Positions 45,972 to 57,239 of a stretch of DNA of 64,000 nucleotides are shown piece by piece (position 1 is the stretch's first letter; every line of letters starts with the position of its first letter). The DNA is taken from positions 310,001-374,000 of the forward strand of contig OZ251248.1 of the NCBI GenBank assembly GCA_965240325.2. Direction: 5' to 3'. The notes beneath the pieces are model-generated. The model made no database searches. It was not told where the DNA came from and was given only the letters and a program-made list of their open reading frames with translations. The DNA is from Rebecca billardiae RCC1528. Its lineage: Eukaryota > Protista > Haptophyta. Position numbers and translations under genes: made by a program.

Positions 45972-46839
45972 CTGGCCGATACACACCCGGCCGCTCTGCG
46001 CGTGGTGGAACCACGCTCGCAGAGCGGCCGGGGCTAACCTCAGAGATCGGGCCCGTGACGAAACATGGCAGCGCCTCGGGACGCGTGGCCGGCGCTGGGG
46101 GGCGACACGCGTGGTGCTCGTTTGGCGTGGCGCGGCGTCGGACAAGTCGCGCGCTTGGAAGATGGACGCACCTTCACGTTGTTCGGGCACTCCCGCATCA
46201 GGTCCTTGCACGCGCGTCTCTCTGACTCTCGCCGCCCGCGCGGGGCTCGCTTTCACCAGCCGCCCGTGCACCCGCCTCACAATCGAGCCGCTGTAACTCG
46301 TTATGGGCGGGAATGGGCGGGCTCAGACGCATTCTGCGCGGTGGTCTAGTGGTATGTGAGAAGGCTGGATGCGGCCGTTTTCTTGTACAGGCTTGTACAC
46401 ACTCACACGCGTCCACTTGGCTACCAGTGCGCACTGCCTGTCACTGCCTGTGAGCACGCGCTCTGACATCTCGGCTGGGGAGGGATCGGCATGCCGGTGT
46501 CATGACGAGCCCGGGCACACGGAACTTATCGTCTACTCCCAAGCCGCGCGCACCTGGCTGGAAGTGGCTGGCGAGCAAGTTGGAACCGAATGCAATCATG
46601 ATGGCACTCTACAGCTCTGCTCACAGCCTTGTCAGTGCGAGCACGACGGGAACGCCGTACGCGAGGCGAGGCGGCGCAATGAAGCGCGCCCCGATGGCGG
46701 AGAGCTCACCAACATGATCGAAGAGCCCGCCCGCACCCTCAGGCGTGGCCGCGGGGCGCGCGTCCGGGACCGCCTCACCCCGGCCGCTCTGCGAGCATGG
46801 GTTCCCCATGCGCAGAGCGTATGGGTGTGTATCGGCCAG
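45972..46839. mobile_element. Non-autonomous Mutator-like element (868 bp)
   Basis: TIRs of ~60 bp begin CTGGCCGATACACACCC. There is a 9-bp TSD with one mismatch: TCATAGACC (45963-45971) and TTATAGACC (46840-46848). Confidence 0.8.
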
Positions 46840-47141
46840 TTATAGACCTTGCCGCGGCGTATCAGGGTTGAAACTTGAATTCAATAAATACTTGAAGGGT
46901 GTTGTAGTAGTAGCGGCCTCAAAGTTGCTCAATGATGAGAGCGAGGTAAAGGCCCAAGCAGACGCGCAGTTGATGAGTTCCGGGCGCAAGGACAGTCCCA
47001 AACCTGCCACGAGCTCTCGAGAACTAGCTCCGTCAGCCTGAATTGCCGGAGCTCGCCTCCGGGATTGTCCATTGCCGGAACGCCAACGCAACGACTGGGT
47101 CAGGAAACCCCGCCCTGAATCGCCTCCGCTCACCTGCCAGC

Positions 47142-50100
47142 ATGTGCGGCAACCTCGGCCTCCTCCTCGCGATCGACGCGCGTGGGAAGCTCGTGATCAC
47201 GATCGTGCCCACGAATGGCGGCGCCCCACCCCCCGTCGCGCTCAAGAAGCCGGCGGAGGTGCTCCGCGAGATGGTCGCCGCGACTGAGATCCGAGGCGGA
47301 CAGGCGGGCGGCATCTCGGCGTTCGAGTTCTCGCGCAAGCCTGGGGCGGCGCCGACGGTTGGGCGCGTGCGCGCGATCGCTCGCAAGTACGCCGCCCGCC
47401 CCCTCGCGCGCGTTCTCCGCACACGCGCGCCCGTCGCCGCCGCCGTCCCAACGGGCTGCGCATGATTGTGCGCGTGCGTGCGCTCCTGCCGGTCGCGCCG
47501 CCGTGCCGGTCGCGCCGCCGTGCGCGCGCAGGCGCTACCCGCTCGCCGACGACCTCTCGCGGATGTTCGCGCGGCAGTGCCCGTCCGGGACGTCGCGCAA
47601 CGCGTCGTGCCTCTCCGTCGTCGGGCACACGCGCTTCGCCACGGGCTCGGCGAACAAGCTGCCCGAGCTCCACCCGTGAGTGCCCTGCGCGCTCGGCGCG
47701 TCAAGCCCAGACTGCGCTTGCTCACCCCAGCGCTGCGCAGCTCTCTCCCAGCCTGGAGGCCGCGAGCCGGCCGCGCGGCGCGGGCGCGGGGTGCCGCCCG
47801 GTCGGCGCGCGCGCACCTCGCGCGAGGCGGCGTGCACTCACGCGGTGTGCCCCCCGCCCCCCCCCCCGCGCCGCCGCACCGCGCACCGCGCCCCCGTCCG
47901 CGCGCGCACGCGCGCGCGCTCGCCAGTCACGACTGGGGCCACTCCGGCTACGGCGGCGAGCGCCGCGCGTTCCCGGCGGAGCGCGTGTGGCGCTGGTCGG
48001 AGGAGGCGCGCGCTCTCGTGCCCGAGACGCTGCGCGTCGGCGTGCACCTCTCGCACAACGGCGACTTCGACGCGCTCGAGGCGTACGCAAGTTCGGCCGG
48101 TCTCATGCTGAACGGCGAGCTCGGCCTGTGGCTCGAGCGCGCGCTGCACACGCCCAACTCGACGACGGGCGACTCGCCGAAGCTGGCCGGGCTGCTGCAG
48201 CTGCTCCGGGTGCAGGGGCGCTGGGGCGCGGCGGCGCGCCTCGCGTACCTCCGCGTCGTCTGCCGGCTGCCAACCGACGTGAGCGGCGGGCAACCGCTCA
48301 CTAAGGCCGCGCCCAACACTTGCCCAAAGCCAGCGCATTGGGAGCGCCAGTGGGCGCCGCTGTTCGAGGCGGCGTGGGCGGAGCACGGCGCGGCGGTGCT
48401 GCGGCCGGTGGAGAGCGGCGCGTCGACGGCGGGCGCGTCGCGCGGCAGCCGCGGCGGCAGCGTGCCGCGCCGCGGCAGCGCCGCAACCGCCGGCGGCGCC
48501 ACCAGCGCCACCGGCGGCGCCACGCGCTACTCGATCGACCTGGGCGGAGCGCGCGCCCTGCGGGACGCGCTGGTCGCCAGGCTGCGCCCGGACGAGCGCG
48601 AGGCGGTGCACCCGGGCGCGGGCGGGTGGGACGAGGGGACGGTGCTGGCGTTCGTGCACCACACGATCCGCGGCTTCCTGCGCGCCGACCTGACGGGCGC
48701 GCTCACCGAGGCTCTCAGCCGCGCGCACGGCTCGTTTGGCGTGCAGGCGCATTGCACGCTGGAACCGGGGGTGGTGGTGTTGGGTTGCAAGGGGCAGCCG
48801 ATGGGCGTCGCCTTCTCCGACACGCTGCCGCTCGTGCTCTTCGGCTCGGAGGCGGCCGCGCTGCACGTCGCGGTCACGGCGGACGGCCAGCCGCTCGGCC
48901 GGCAGCTCGACCTCGACGAGTCCGGGGAAATAGTTCGGCTCGGCCCGCCGAGCGCCCTGCACCACGGCACGTTCACGCGCGGCGGCGCCGCGCGCCACCA
49001 GCGGCACGGCGGCGCGGCCGCGGCCGCCGCTGCCGCCGGCGGCGGCGGCGGCGCGGCGGCGGGCTCGCGCGGCTCGGCGGCCGCGCCGCCGCCTGCGTTC
49101 GGCCTCGTCCTCGGCGGCGGCCACCTCACGCTGCGCGCGTACTCTCTCGTGCGCTCGGTCGAGTCGTCAGCCGCCGAGCTCGAGCTGCGCGCTGGCACGA
49201 TCGGCGCGCCGACGCCGCGCTTCGAGCCGCGCGCCGACCTCGTCGCGCACGACCTGGCGGAGACGCCGCGCGTGCTGCGCGAGATCGACGACGACTGGTC
49301 GGCGGACGGCGGCAGCGTCGCCGGCGGCTCGCGCGGCGGCGGCGGCGGCGGCGGCGCGGCCTCGCCCAACCTCGCCGCCGCGACTGAGCTCGCGCGCCTG
49401 CTGCTGCATCGCATGGAGGTGCGGCGCTCGGCGCGGATGGACACGGTGGACCTGCTGATCGGCGGCGTGGAGAGCTCGCTGTGGCTCGCGCAGCAGTTCG
49501 CGGCGGACATGCGCGCCGTCTTCCCCTCGCTCACCGTCAAGTGCGTCTCGACCAACAAGCTGCTCGGAATCTCGGGATTTTCTCCGCGAAGAACCTTTTT
49601 CGCCGGCACGGAGCGGGTGACGGTCGAGCAGATCGCGGACGCGGCGGTCCTGCTGATCTCGCAGTCCGGGCAGACGTTCCCCACGCTGCACGCGACGCGG
49701 CTGCTCGCCTCGCTCGCGCCGGAGCGCGTCTGGCTGCTCACCGGCACGGCCGGCTCCAAGATGGCGAAGGCCCTCGCCGCCGGCATGCACGCGCGCGGCC
49801 GGCGGCTTGAGCCTCGGGTGCTGCTCACTGGCTCCGGGCACAGGCCTGCCGAGCCGTCGTCGCTCGCCGTGGCGGCGATGCACCACACGCTGACGCACCT
49901 GCTGCTGCACGTCGCGACGTACGTGCGCAACACCGCACCCGGCTCGAGGCTCGTTCAGCCGTGGGAGAAGGAGGAGGAGGCGGAGGAGGCGGACGGCGCG
50001 CGCGGCGCGGACGCGTCGGCGGGCGCAGCGCTCGGCGCGCGCGCGCACCCCCTGGGCGCGGCGGGCGCGGTGGCAGCCGGCGCGGCGGGCGGAGTGCTCG

Positions 50101-50252
50101 GGGCGCACGGGGCGTCCAGCGCTCGCGCTGACGGACTCGGCGAGCCGCCGCAGCCCATCGCTGCCGCCGCGGGCGCGAGCGCGCACGCCGGCGCGCCGGC
50201 CGTCGGCCGCGCCGCGGACCCCGCCGCCACCGGCGGCGCGGCGGCCGCCGCT

Positions 50253-50305
<53 letters not shown>

Positions 50306-53213
50306 GCCGGGGCTGGAGCTGGGAGCCGTCCACCTGGCCCACACGTCGCTGGCGCAGCGGGCGCCCGCGCTGGGCTCGCAGCTGCTCGGCAGCAGCGACG
50401 GCGAGGACGACGCGTGCAGCGTGAGCACCGCCCCGCCCTCCTCCTCGGCGGCGCCTGTGGGCGACGACTCGACGCTGTCGCTGCCCACCAGTGTCGCAGT
50501 GGGCGCGGACGGTGCCGCAGTGGGCGCGGACGGCGCCGCGGCGGGCGCAGACGGCGCCACGGCGGGCGCGGACGCGCCGAACGCCGCAGCGGGCGCGGAG
50601 GGCGCCGCGCCCGGCGCAGAGCACGTGCTCCCCGCGTCCTCGGCGGTGGGAAGCACCGCCAGCCTCGCCCACGCCCCCACCAGCACGGCTGCGGCCGACG
50701 GCGGCGGCTCGGCCAATCAGAGGCCGTGGATGCGTGGGCTTGATTGCGTGCGGAGCGCGCGCGGCCTGCCTCCGCACGACTCGGCCGCCGACGACGCGCG
50801 CGCCGCGGCCGACGCCGTCGGCTCGGAGCGCGCGGCAGCAGCTGCCGCCAAGCCCGCGACGTCGGTAGGCGCGGCGGCGGACGACCGCCTCCCTCTCCCA
50901 GCCGCCGCGCTGCGCGCTGCGGCAGCCGGGTCAGAGCCGGCCGCGCCGCCACACGCCGACGCCTCGGCGGCTCACGCGGCCGCGGCTGCGGCTGCGGCGC
51001 CGGCGAGCCCGGAGCCGCAGGGCGGCGCCGGGCAGCCCGGCGGGCTGCTCGCGGGCGCGAAGGCGGAGAGCGCGCCACTGCTGCGCGTGCACACCGACGC
51101 CACCGGCGTCAGCAGCGGCGAGGAGCAGCAGCACACGTCGGGCGCTCTGATCGAGCGGCCCGGCGCGCAGCGCGGCGCCGGCGCGGCGCGCAAGGCCAAG
51201 CCGGCGGCGCGGCACCGGCGCTCGGCGCTCGACTCTCGCGAGCTGCTCATCCGGCTGTCGGACGGGTGCATCGCCGACCTGCGGCTGATGGTGTCGACGT
51301 GCGTCGTGCCCAACCTCGAGACCATCGTCGGCGTCGACAGCGACGGCCGACCCCTCGCGCCTGCCGCCGGCGCCGCGCGCGGCGGGAACGGCGCGCGCGG
51401 GCCCTGGTCAGCGTGCTCGGCGCTCGGCGCGGCGGCGGGCTGCGCGCCGCGCGCGCCCTACCCGGCCGCGCAGGAGTCGCACGGCAGCACGAACCCGCGG
51501 ATGCGCGCGCGCGTGCACCGCTGGCTCAGCGGCAGCACGGGCGGCAGCGGCGCCGACCCCGAGTACGGCTCGGCGCGCGAGCCGGCGGCGGTCGCGGGCG
51601 TGCAGCCCCACGACGCGCTCGTGGCGCAGGGCCGCGCGTGGGCGGCGCACGTGCGCGAGCCGTGGCGCGCGCTCTGCCTCACCGGCGCGTACGTGCTCTT
51701 CTCGGTGACCCTCGGCGTGCCGGTCGTCTCGCTGCTCGCGCGGCTCGCGCTGCGCGCCGCCGGGCTCCCCGCCGCCTCCCTCGGCTGGTCCCTCGACGCG
51801 CCTCTCTCGCAGTCGGGGCAGCCAGCCGCCATCATCGCGCTCGGCTTTGTCGCGCGGCTCGCCGACGCCTTGATCTACATCTACTGCGCCAAGCTGCTCA
51901 CCTGGGGCCTGCGGCTGGCGGAGGGGCGGCCGCTGTGGGCGCGGATGGGCAAGCGGACGCTCGTGATCGTGGACACGCCGACCAACCACCAGATGCTCGA
52001 GGCCTTCTGCTCCAAGCTCTTCGCGCTCTCCTACTCGTTTGCGTCGGTGGACGTGCACGGCGCGAACGGCGTCGATCGTGAGTCGCTCGCTCGCGCGCGG
52101 CGCGCGCGCGCACGGCGGCGCGGCGCGCGCGCGCGCGCACGGCGGCGCGGGGCGGGGAATGCCGCGCGCCCCGGGCGCGCCGAGCGCGGCATGGCCGGCC
52201 ATCCGACTGAGCCCTGCCGCGCCCGCCGCCCGCCGCGCCGCGCAGACTTTGTCCACCGCTTCACGCACCGCGTGGCGCGCGGCGTGCTGGTCGCGGTCGG
52301 CCGGCCGGACGGGCGGCTGTGCTGCCTCGCGAAGACGGAGGCGTCGCTCCTGCTCGCGTGCAAGCAGGCGGCCTTCATCCAGAACCCCGCGTACTCCATG
52401 CGCAACGACTCGGGCAACGCCGCCGAGATCGTCTCCGTCGGGCACAACCCCTTCCACCCGTCTGGGATCGTGACGCACATCCCGCTGCCGTCGCGCGGCC
52501 GGCGTCGGTTCGTCGACGAGCTCGTGTACGAGCGGCTGAACGTGGTGCAGGGCGAGCTCACGGCGAAGCCCGCGCGGATGCTCAGCGCGATCACCACCAA
52601 GATGATCACGAGCATCACCGCGCAGGGCTACGCGAGCCTCGCGCGCGGCGGCGTGCGCGGCATGGAGCAGTCGATCCTGTACCACGTCTTCCGCGAGCTG
52701 CCGATGGGCGCGCACTTCATCCCGATGGACGAGCGCGCGCGGCCGCACCGCTCGGCCGAGCAGGTCGGCGCGGCGCACCTCGCGCGCGCGCACGTCAAGG
52801 GGCTGCCGGCGGCGCGCAAGCGCGCGCTGCTCGACCTCGCCGCGAGCGAGCGCGGCGCGAGCGACGACCCGGCCGTGCGGCTCGCGTTCGCCGCCAAGCT
52901 CGACGCGCGCACGCACGAGATCCAGGACCGGCAGATCATCCTGCAGCACTTCTACGAGTGCCGCATCGCCGCGCTCGAGCGGTACGTGAGCTTCTGCGTC
53001 ATCTTCCACGCGATGGCCGCCGAGAGCGCGCGGCCGTGGCTCCGCCGGGCGTGGAACCCCGCGCGCTCGCAGTCCAACCTGCGCGTCGCGACGACGGCGT
53101 CGCCCGTGTCCGCGTCGGACGCGCACTCCGACAGCGAGCGCGTCTTCGCCGAGGCGGTCGTTCGGCGCAGGGGCGTCGCCACCAAGCTGCGCGGCATCAG
53201 CTCGCACTTCTGA
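47142..53213 (+). CDS. GlmS/GFAT-like protein: class-II (Ntn) glutamine amidotransferase + SIS domain(s) with two hydrophobic segments; exons 47142-47386, 47532-47675, 47927-52077, 52246-53213
   Basis: N-terminal MCGNLG (Cys nucleophile), EIRGGQAGG, GHTRFAT, ELHPH, SHNGDF and GDSPK. The SIS motif is LISQSGQT. Hydrophobic helices lie near 51670-51910. Three GT-AG introns have consistent phases. Confidence 0.8.
50249..50305. repeat. (GCC)n tract encoding poly-Ala
   Basis: Trinucleotide run inside the low-complexity insertion of the GlmS-like gene. Confidence 0.9.
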
Positions 53214-53952
53214 GGCGCAGTCGCAGCGCGCGGGCGCACACTGGCAGCGACGTCAGTTTCATGAGCGCGCGGTCGCGTGGACGTGGCAATCCGCCAATCG
53301 GCATAGTCCGTCTGGTGGGTAATGGTCTGCATGCAATTTGTGCAGAGCTCTCACTCAGCTCGGCCGCTCAAAGAAGCCGAGGCGGGTTGTTGATGACTAT
53401 AATGTGGGTATCCCTCGTACGTCGTTGATATTGGTATGATAGATACCGGTTGGCAGGCGCCCGAAATCGGCGACTCTTTTGTAACGAGCTTTATCTAAGC
53501 CTGTTCGCGCAGATTTCGATTATTCGAAAAGAATGGATCGATGTTTCAGGCGATGATTGGTTGGATTGATTGCCACCCGCCATCGTTTGCCGCGAACATG
53601 CGGGTAATACTGGGAGAATGCCTCAATTTCAGGCCGAGCCGTCCTAAATTCGAACTGATGAATAAGAGCACATTTGGCGCGTGTCGTCAATGTTGGGAGT
53701 AAATAAGAACTCCCGCCAAACTTGATTGGTGATCGGCGAAGTTCGCTCACGAGCCGGCTATCTAAAGTATTGACGGACGCAGATGACGGACGCGTACATC
53801 CGAGTCGCAGCTCAACCTCGCCCCAACCGCTCGGCCGCTGAGAGTAACTTTGGTGCGGTCGTCAACGGAGACCGCGCGAGCTGCCGCTCGCCTGAGTGCC
53901 CACAGAGCCTCGAACTTCCGCGCGCCCAAGCCGTCACCTTCGTCGCAGCACC

Positions 53953-56876
53953 ATGGCTGAGTGCATTGGCGTGCCGCTTACCCAAGAGTGGTCCGGGTGA
54001 GCGCTGTCGAGCGACGCGCGCCATCGTCGCGCCGCCAGCCGCGATTGCGCGGCCTGAGGGCTAGTCGTGACTGATCGGTCGCCGTGCGCTCGCGGGACCG
54101 ACTGCGCCGCAGCGATTTCATCGGCGTGGGCTACTTCGCCAGCGTCTTCGGCGCCTTCGTCGGGCTGAGCACGATCACGTACGCGCTCACCGTCCTCAAG
54201 CACCCCGCGTTTGCGCACTGGTTCTACGTGTTCGTCGCGTCGTCGGGGATGTCGATCGGAGGCAGCTCGATCTGGACGATGCACTTCGTCGGTGCGCGCA
54301 CGAGCGCGCGCGCGCCGTTCGCGCGCCGTGACTGCTCGCCGTGCGCTGCCCCACGGCACGTGCTCCCAACACTGACGCAACGCCAAGTGGCTCGCGCGGC
54401 ACGCGTGCGCCCCCGCTCGCCTGGCTGCAGGTATGAGGGCGCTCACGGTCGTCCGCTGCGATGGCGTCCCTGTACCCAAGAAGTACAACGTCGTGCTCAC
54501 AGTCATCTCGCTGGTCGCCGCGGTCGTAATCGGCGCCTTCTGCATGTACCTCGTCATGCCGATGAAGCCTGCCAAGCAGGACGGCGATCCCGAGGCTGCC
54601 GAGAAGGTGAAGCGGCGCACTGACAAGCTGGAGTACTGGCCGACGCCGTTCACGTTCCGCGGCACGATCGTGAAGATCGTCAAGTTCGACCTGCTGCGCT
54701 TCGCCGGCGCGACGTTGACGCTCATGGTGGGCGTGTGCGTGATGCACTACATGGTGCGCGCCGTGCGCGAGACCGCACGTCCCTTGACCTCCGACCCGCG
54801 CGCGCACTCCCGCCTCGGCTCGCGCCACCCTTCCTTCTTCCGACCGGCCTAATCTTTCCCCGTTCGCCCACCACCCGCCCGCCTGCCCGCCCGCCTGCGG
54901 CTCACCAGGGCATGATCGCGCAGCAGGGTCCGTACGTCAAGCACTTCTCACCCGGCGTGATCACCGCCTCCGCCGTGATCGCGCTCGTCGCGTCCGCCGC
55001 CGGCCTCTTCATCGTCGTGCAGGTGGCCGTGATGGGCCAGGTCAACTCGATCGGCCCGCGCGCGGTCGCGGCCGTGATCATCGGCGTCGCGGTGAACGCG
55101 ATGCACTACACCGGCATGTTCTCCGCGACGTACGTGTACACGGGCGACGACACGAGCTCGCTCACCCACGGCTTCGGCCCGGCGATGTCCGTCGACCCGC
55201 TCGTGGTGTGCATCACCTCGCTCACCGTCGGCATCATGCAGCTGGTCGTGTGCCAGCATTACTCGGAGAAGCTGTACGTGCGGCAGCAGGCGATCAACGA
55301 CGCGCTCGCGCGCAAGCTGCCCAAGGACGTGGGCGAGAAGCTCAAGCAGATCTATGACGCGGTGCTGCCCAACGACGGCGGCGCCGTCGCCAACTACATC
55401 CCCGAGCTCGCCGCAGCCGACCCGAACCGTTTCGGGATCGTGATCTGCGACGTGAACGGGGAGGTCCACGCGGTGGGCGACTCGACCGAGCCGGTCACGA
55501 TCCAGTCGTGCTGCAAGCCGATGCTGTACATGCTCGCGCTCGAGATGGCCGGGGTCGAGACGGTGTCGGCCAAGATCGGCACGGAGCCTTCCGGCCAGCC
55601 CTTCGACGCGCTCAGCATCGACTCTACCGACAAGGCGTACAACCCGTGCGCGCACTCGCGCGCGCGCCGCGCGCGCGCGCGAGTGCGCGCACGGCCACCG
55701 CCGCGCGACCACCACGCGCACGTCTGACACACTCGCCGCGTGCTCCCCGCGCCGCCGCCGCCTGCCGCGTCGCGCCGCAGCTTCGTGAACGCGGGCGCGA
55801 TCGCGAGCGCGGGCATCCTCCTCTCCACGCCCGGCGGTGCGGAGGACGCCGACGGCGTGTACAGCATCGCAGAGGCGGTGTGCCGAGACATGTCCAAGGA
55901 GGGCGTGCGCCAGCGCCTCGACCGCAAGGTGCTCGCCTCCGAGTCGGAGACGAACTCGAACAACCGGTGGATCGCCGAGGAGCTGGGCAAGAAGAAGATC
56001 GTCGAGGGCAACACGGCCGCCGCGCTCGACGCGTACACGATGGCGTGCTCCATGCTCACGACGGCGGAGGACACCGCGGTGATGGCCGCGACGCTCGCCA
56101 ACGGCGGCCGCAACCCGCTCACCAAGGAGGAGATCTTCGACACCGAGATTGTCGAGCACACGGTGACGGTGATGATGTCGTGCGGCATGTACAACGGCGC
56201 GGGCAAGTGGATCACCGACGTCGGCATCCCGGCCAAGTCGGGCGTCGCCGGCCTCGTGATGGGCGTCGTGCCCGGCGTGTGCGGCATCGGCATCTTCAGC
56301 CCGCGGCTCGACGCGAACGGCAACTCGACGCGCGGCGTCGCGGTCGCCAAGATGGCCTCGGAGCGGCTCGACCTGCATGTGCTCAAGAAGCAGAAGAAGA
56401 AGGGGCCGCTAGGGCTCTCGCCCTCGAAGAACACGCGCCGCACGCAGGACTCGGTCAGCGTCTTCTCATCGCAGGGCAGCGTGGACGTGCACGGCGACTC
56501 CTTCCAGCAGACGCCGCCGAAGCACGGCGGCGGGCTGCGCGTGTCGGCTGAGAACTGGTTGAGCAACATGACCGGCGGCAAGAGCGCCGATCACCTGGCC
56601 GCCGACGACGCGTCGGGCAACGGCGCGCCGAAAGCGCGCTACATGCGCAAGTCGCCGCGGGGGAGCGTCGAGGGCCTCTCGGAATCGACGAGCAGGGCCA
56701 CGAGCCCCGCGTGGACGCCGTCGCGGGCGCATTCGCGGGCGCCCCCGTCGGCTGCGCCGTTGGCGCACGGCGCGCCCGCGGCGGACGCGGTCGTCCATTT
56801 CGGCGCCGCGGATGCGCCGGTGACGACGCGTGTCACGCTGTCGCCGGCTGCGGAGCTGACAGACCTGAACGTCTGA
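53953..56876 (+). CDS. MHYT integral-membrane sensor domain fused to glutaminase, 792 aa; exons 53953-53996, 54113-54291, 54431-54753, 54909-55645, 55781-56876
   Basis: Three MHYT repeats (IWTMHFVGM, VCVMHYMGM, VNAMHYTGM) lie within hydrophobic helices. Glutaminase motifs follow: GAVANYIPELA, TIQSCCKP, GTEPSG, YNPFVNAGAI, TLANGG, SCGMYNGAG, GIPAKSGVAG and SPRLDANGNS. Repeat 3 and the glutaminase N-half share one exon. Four GT-AG introns give consistent phases (2379 coding nt). Confidence 0.88.
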
Positions 56877-57239
56877 GCGGCCTGCATCCGGGGCCTGCTC
56901 TGCCATGCTGCCCATGTGCGTCATCGTGTATGTCTTCCGCCGATCTGCCAGCCGCCTGATGTCTGACGAATGAAATGCGCAACCTGTCGACTGCGCGCTG
57001 CTGCGGTCATTGTCTGCTACGTTGTACAGTTTACTAAGAATAAGAGACGCACACAGCTCAGGCAGGCGAGATTGACGCCCGCCAACTGTCACCGCCCATG
57101 AAGCCGTCGCCGATGGTAGCGCCGCCGGAAAAAACAGTATGGATACAGTGGACTGTGCTGACGAAAGACTGACATTGTTCATCTCGCGCGCGGAGGGCGG
57201 GCGGCCCCGCGCCGGCGGGGCGCCGAAGCGACCGGCGCG

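Noticed and set aside
53430-53780. AT-richer promoter-like region with ATTGG boxes and E2F-like TTTGGCGC, plus a CHR-like TTTGAA near 44137 upstream of NDC80
   Set aside because: These are short motifs expected by chance, and there is no TSS or conservation evidence.
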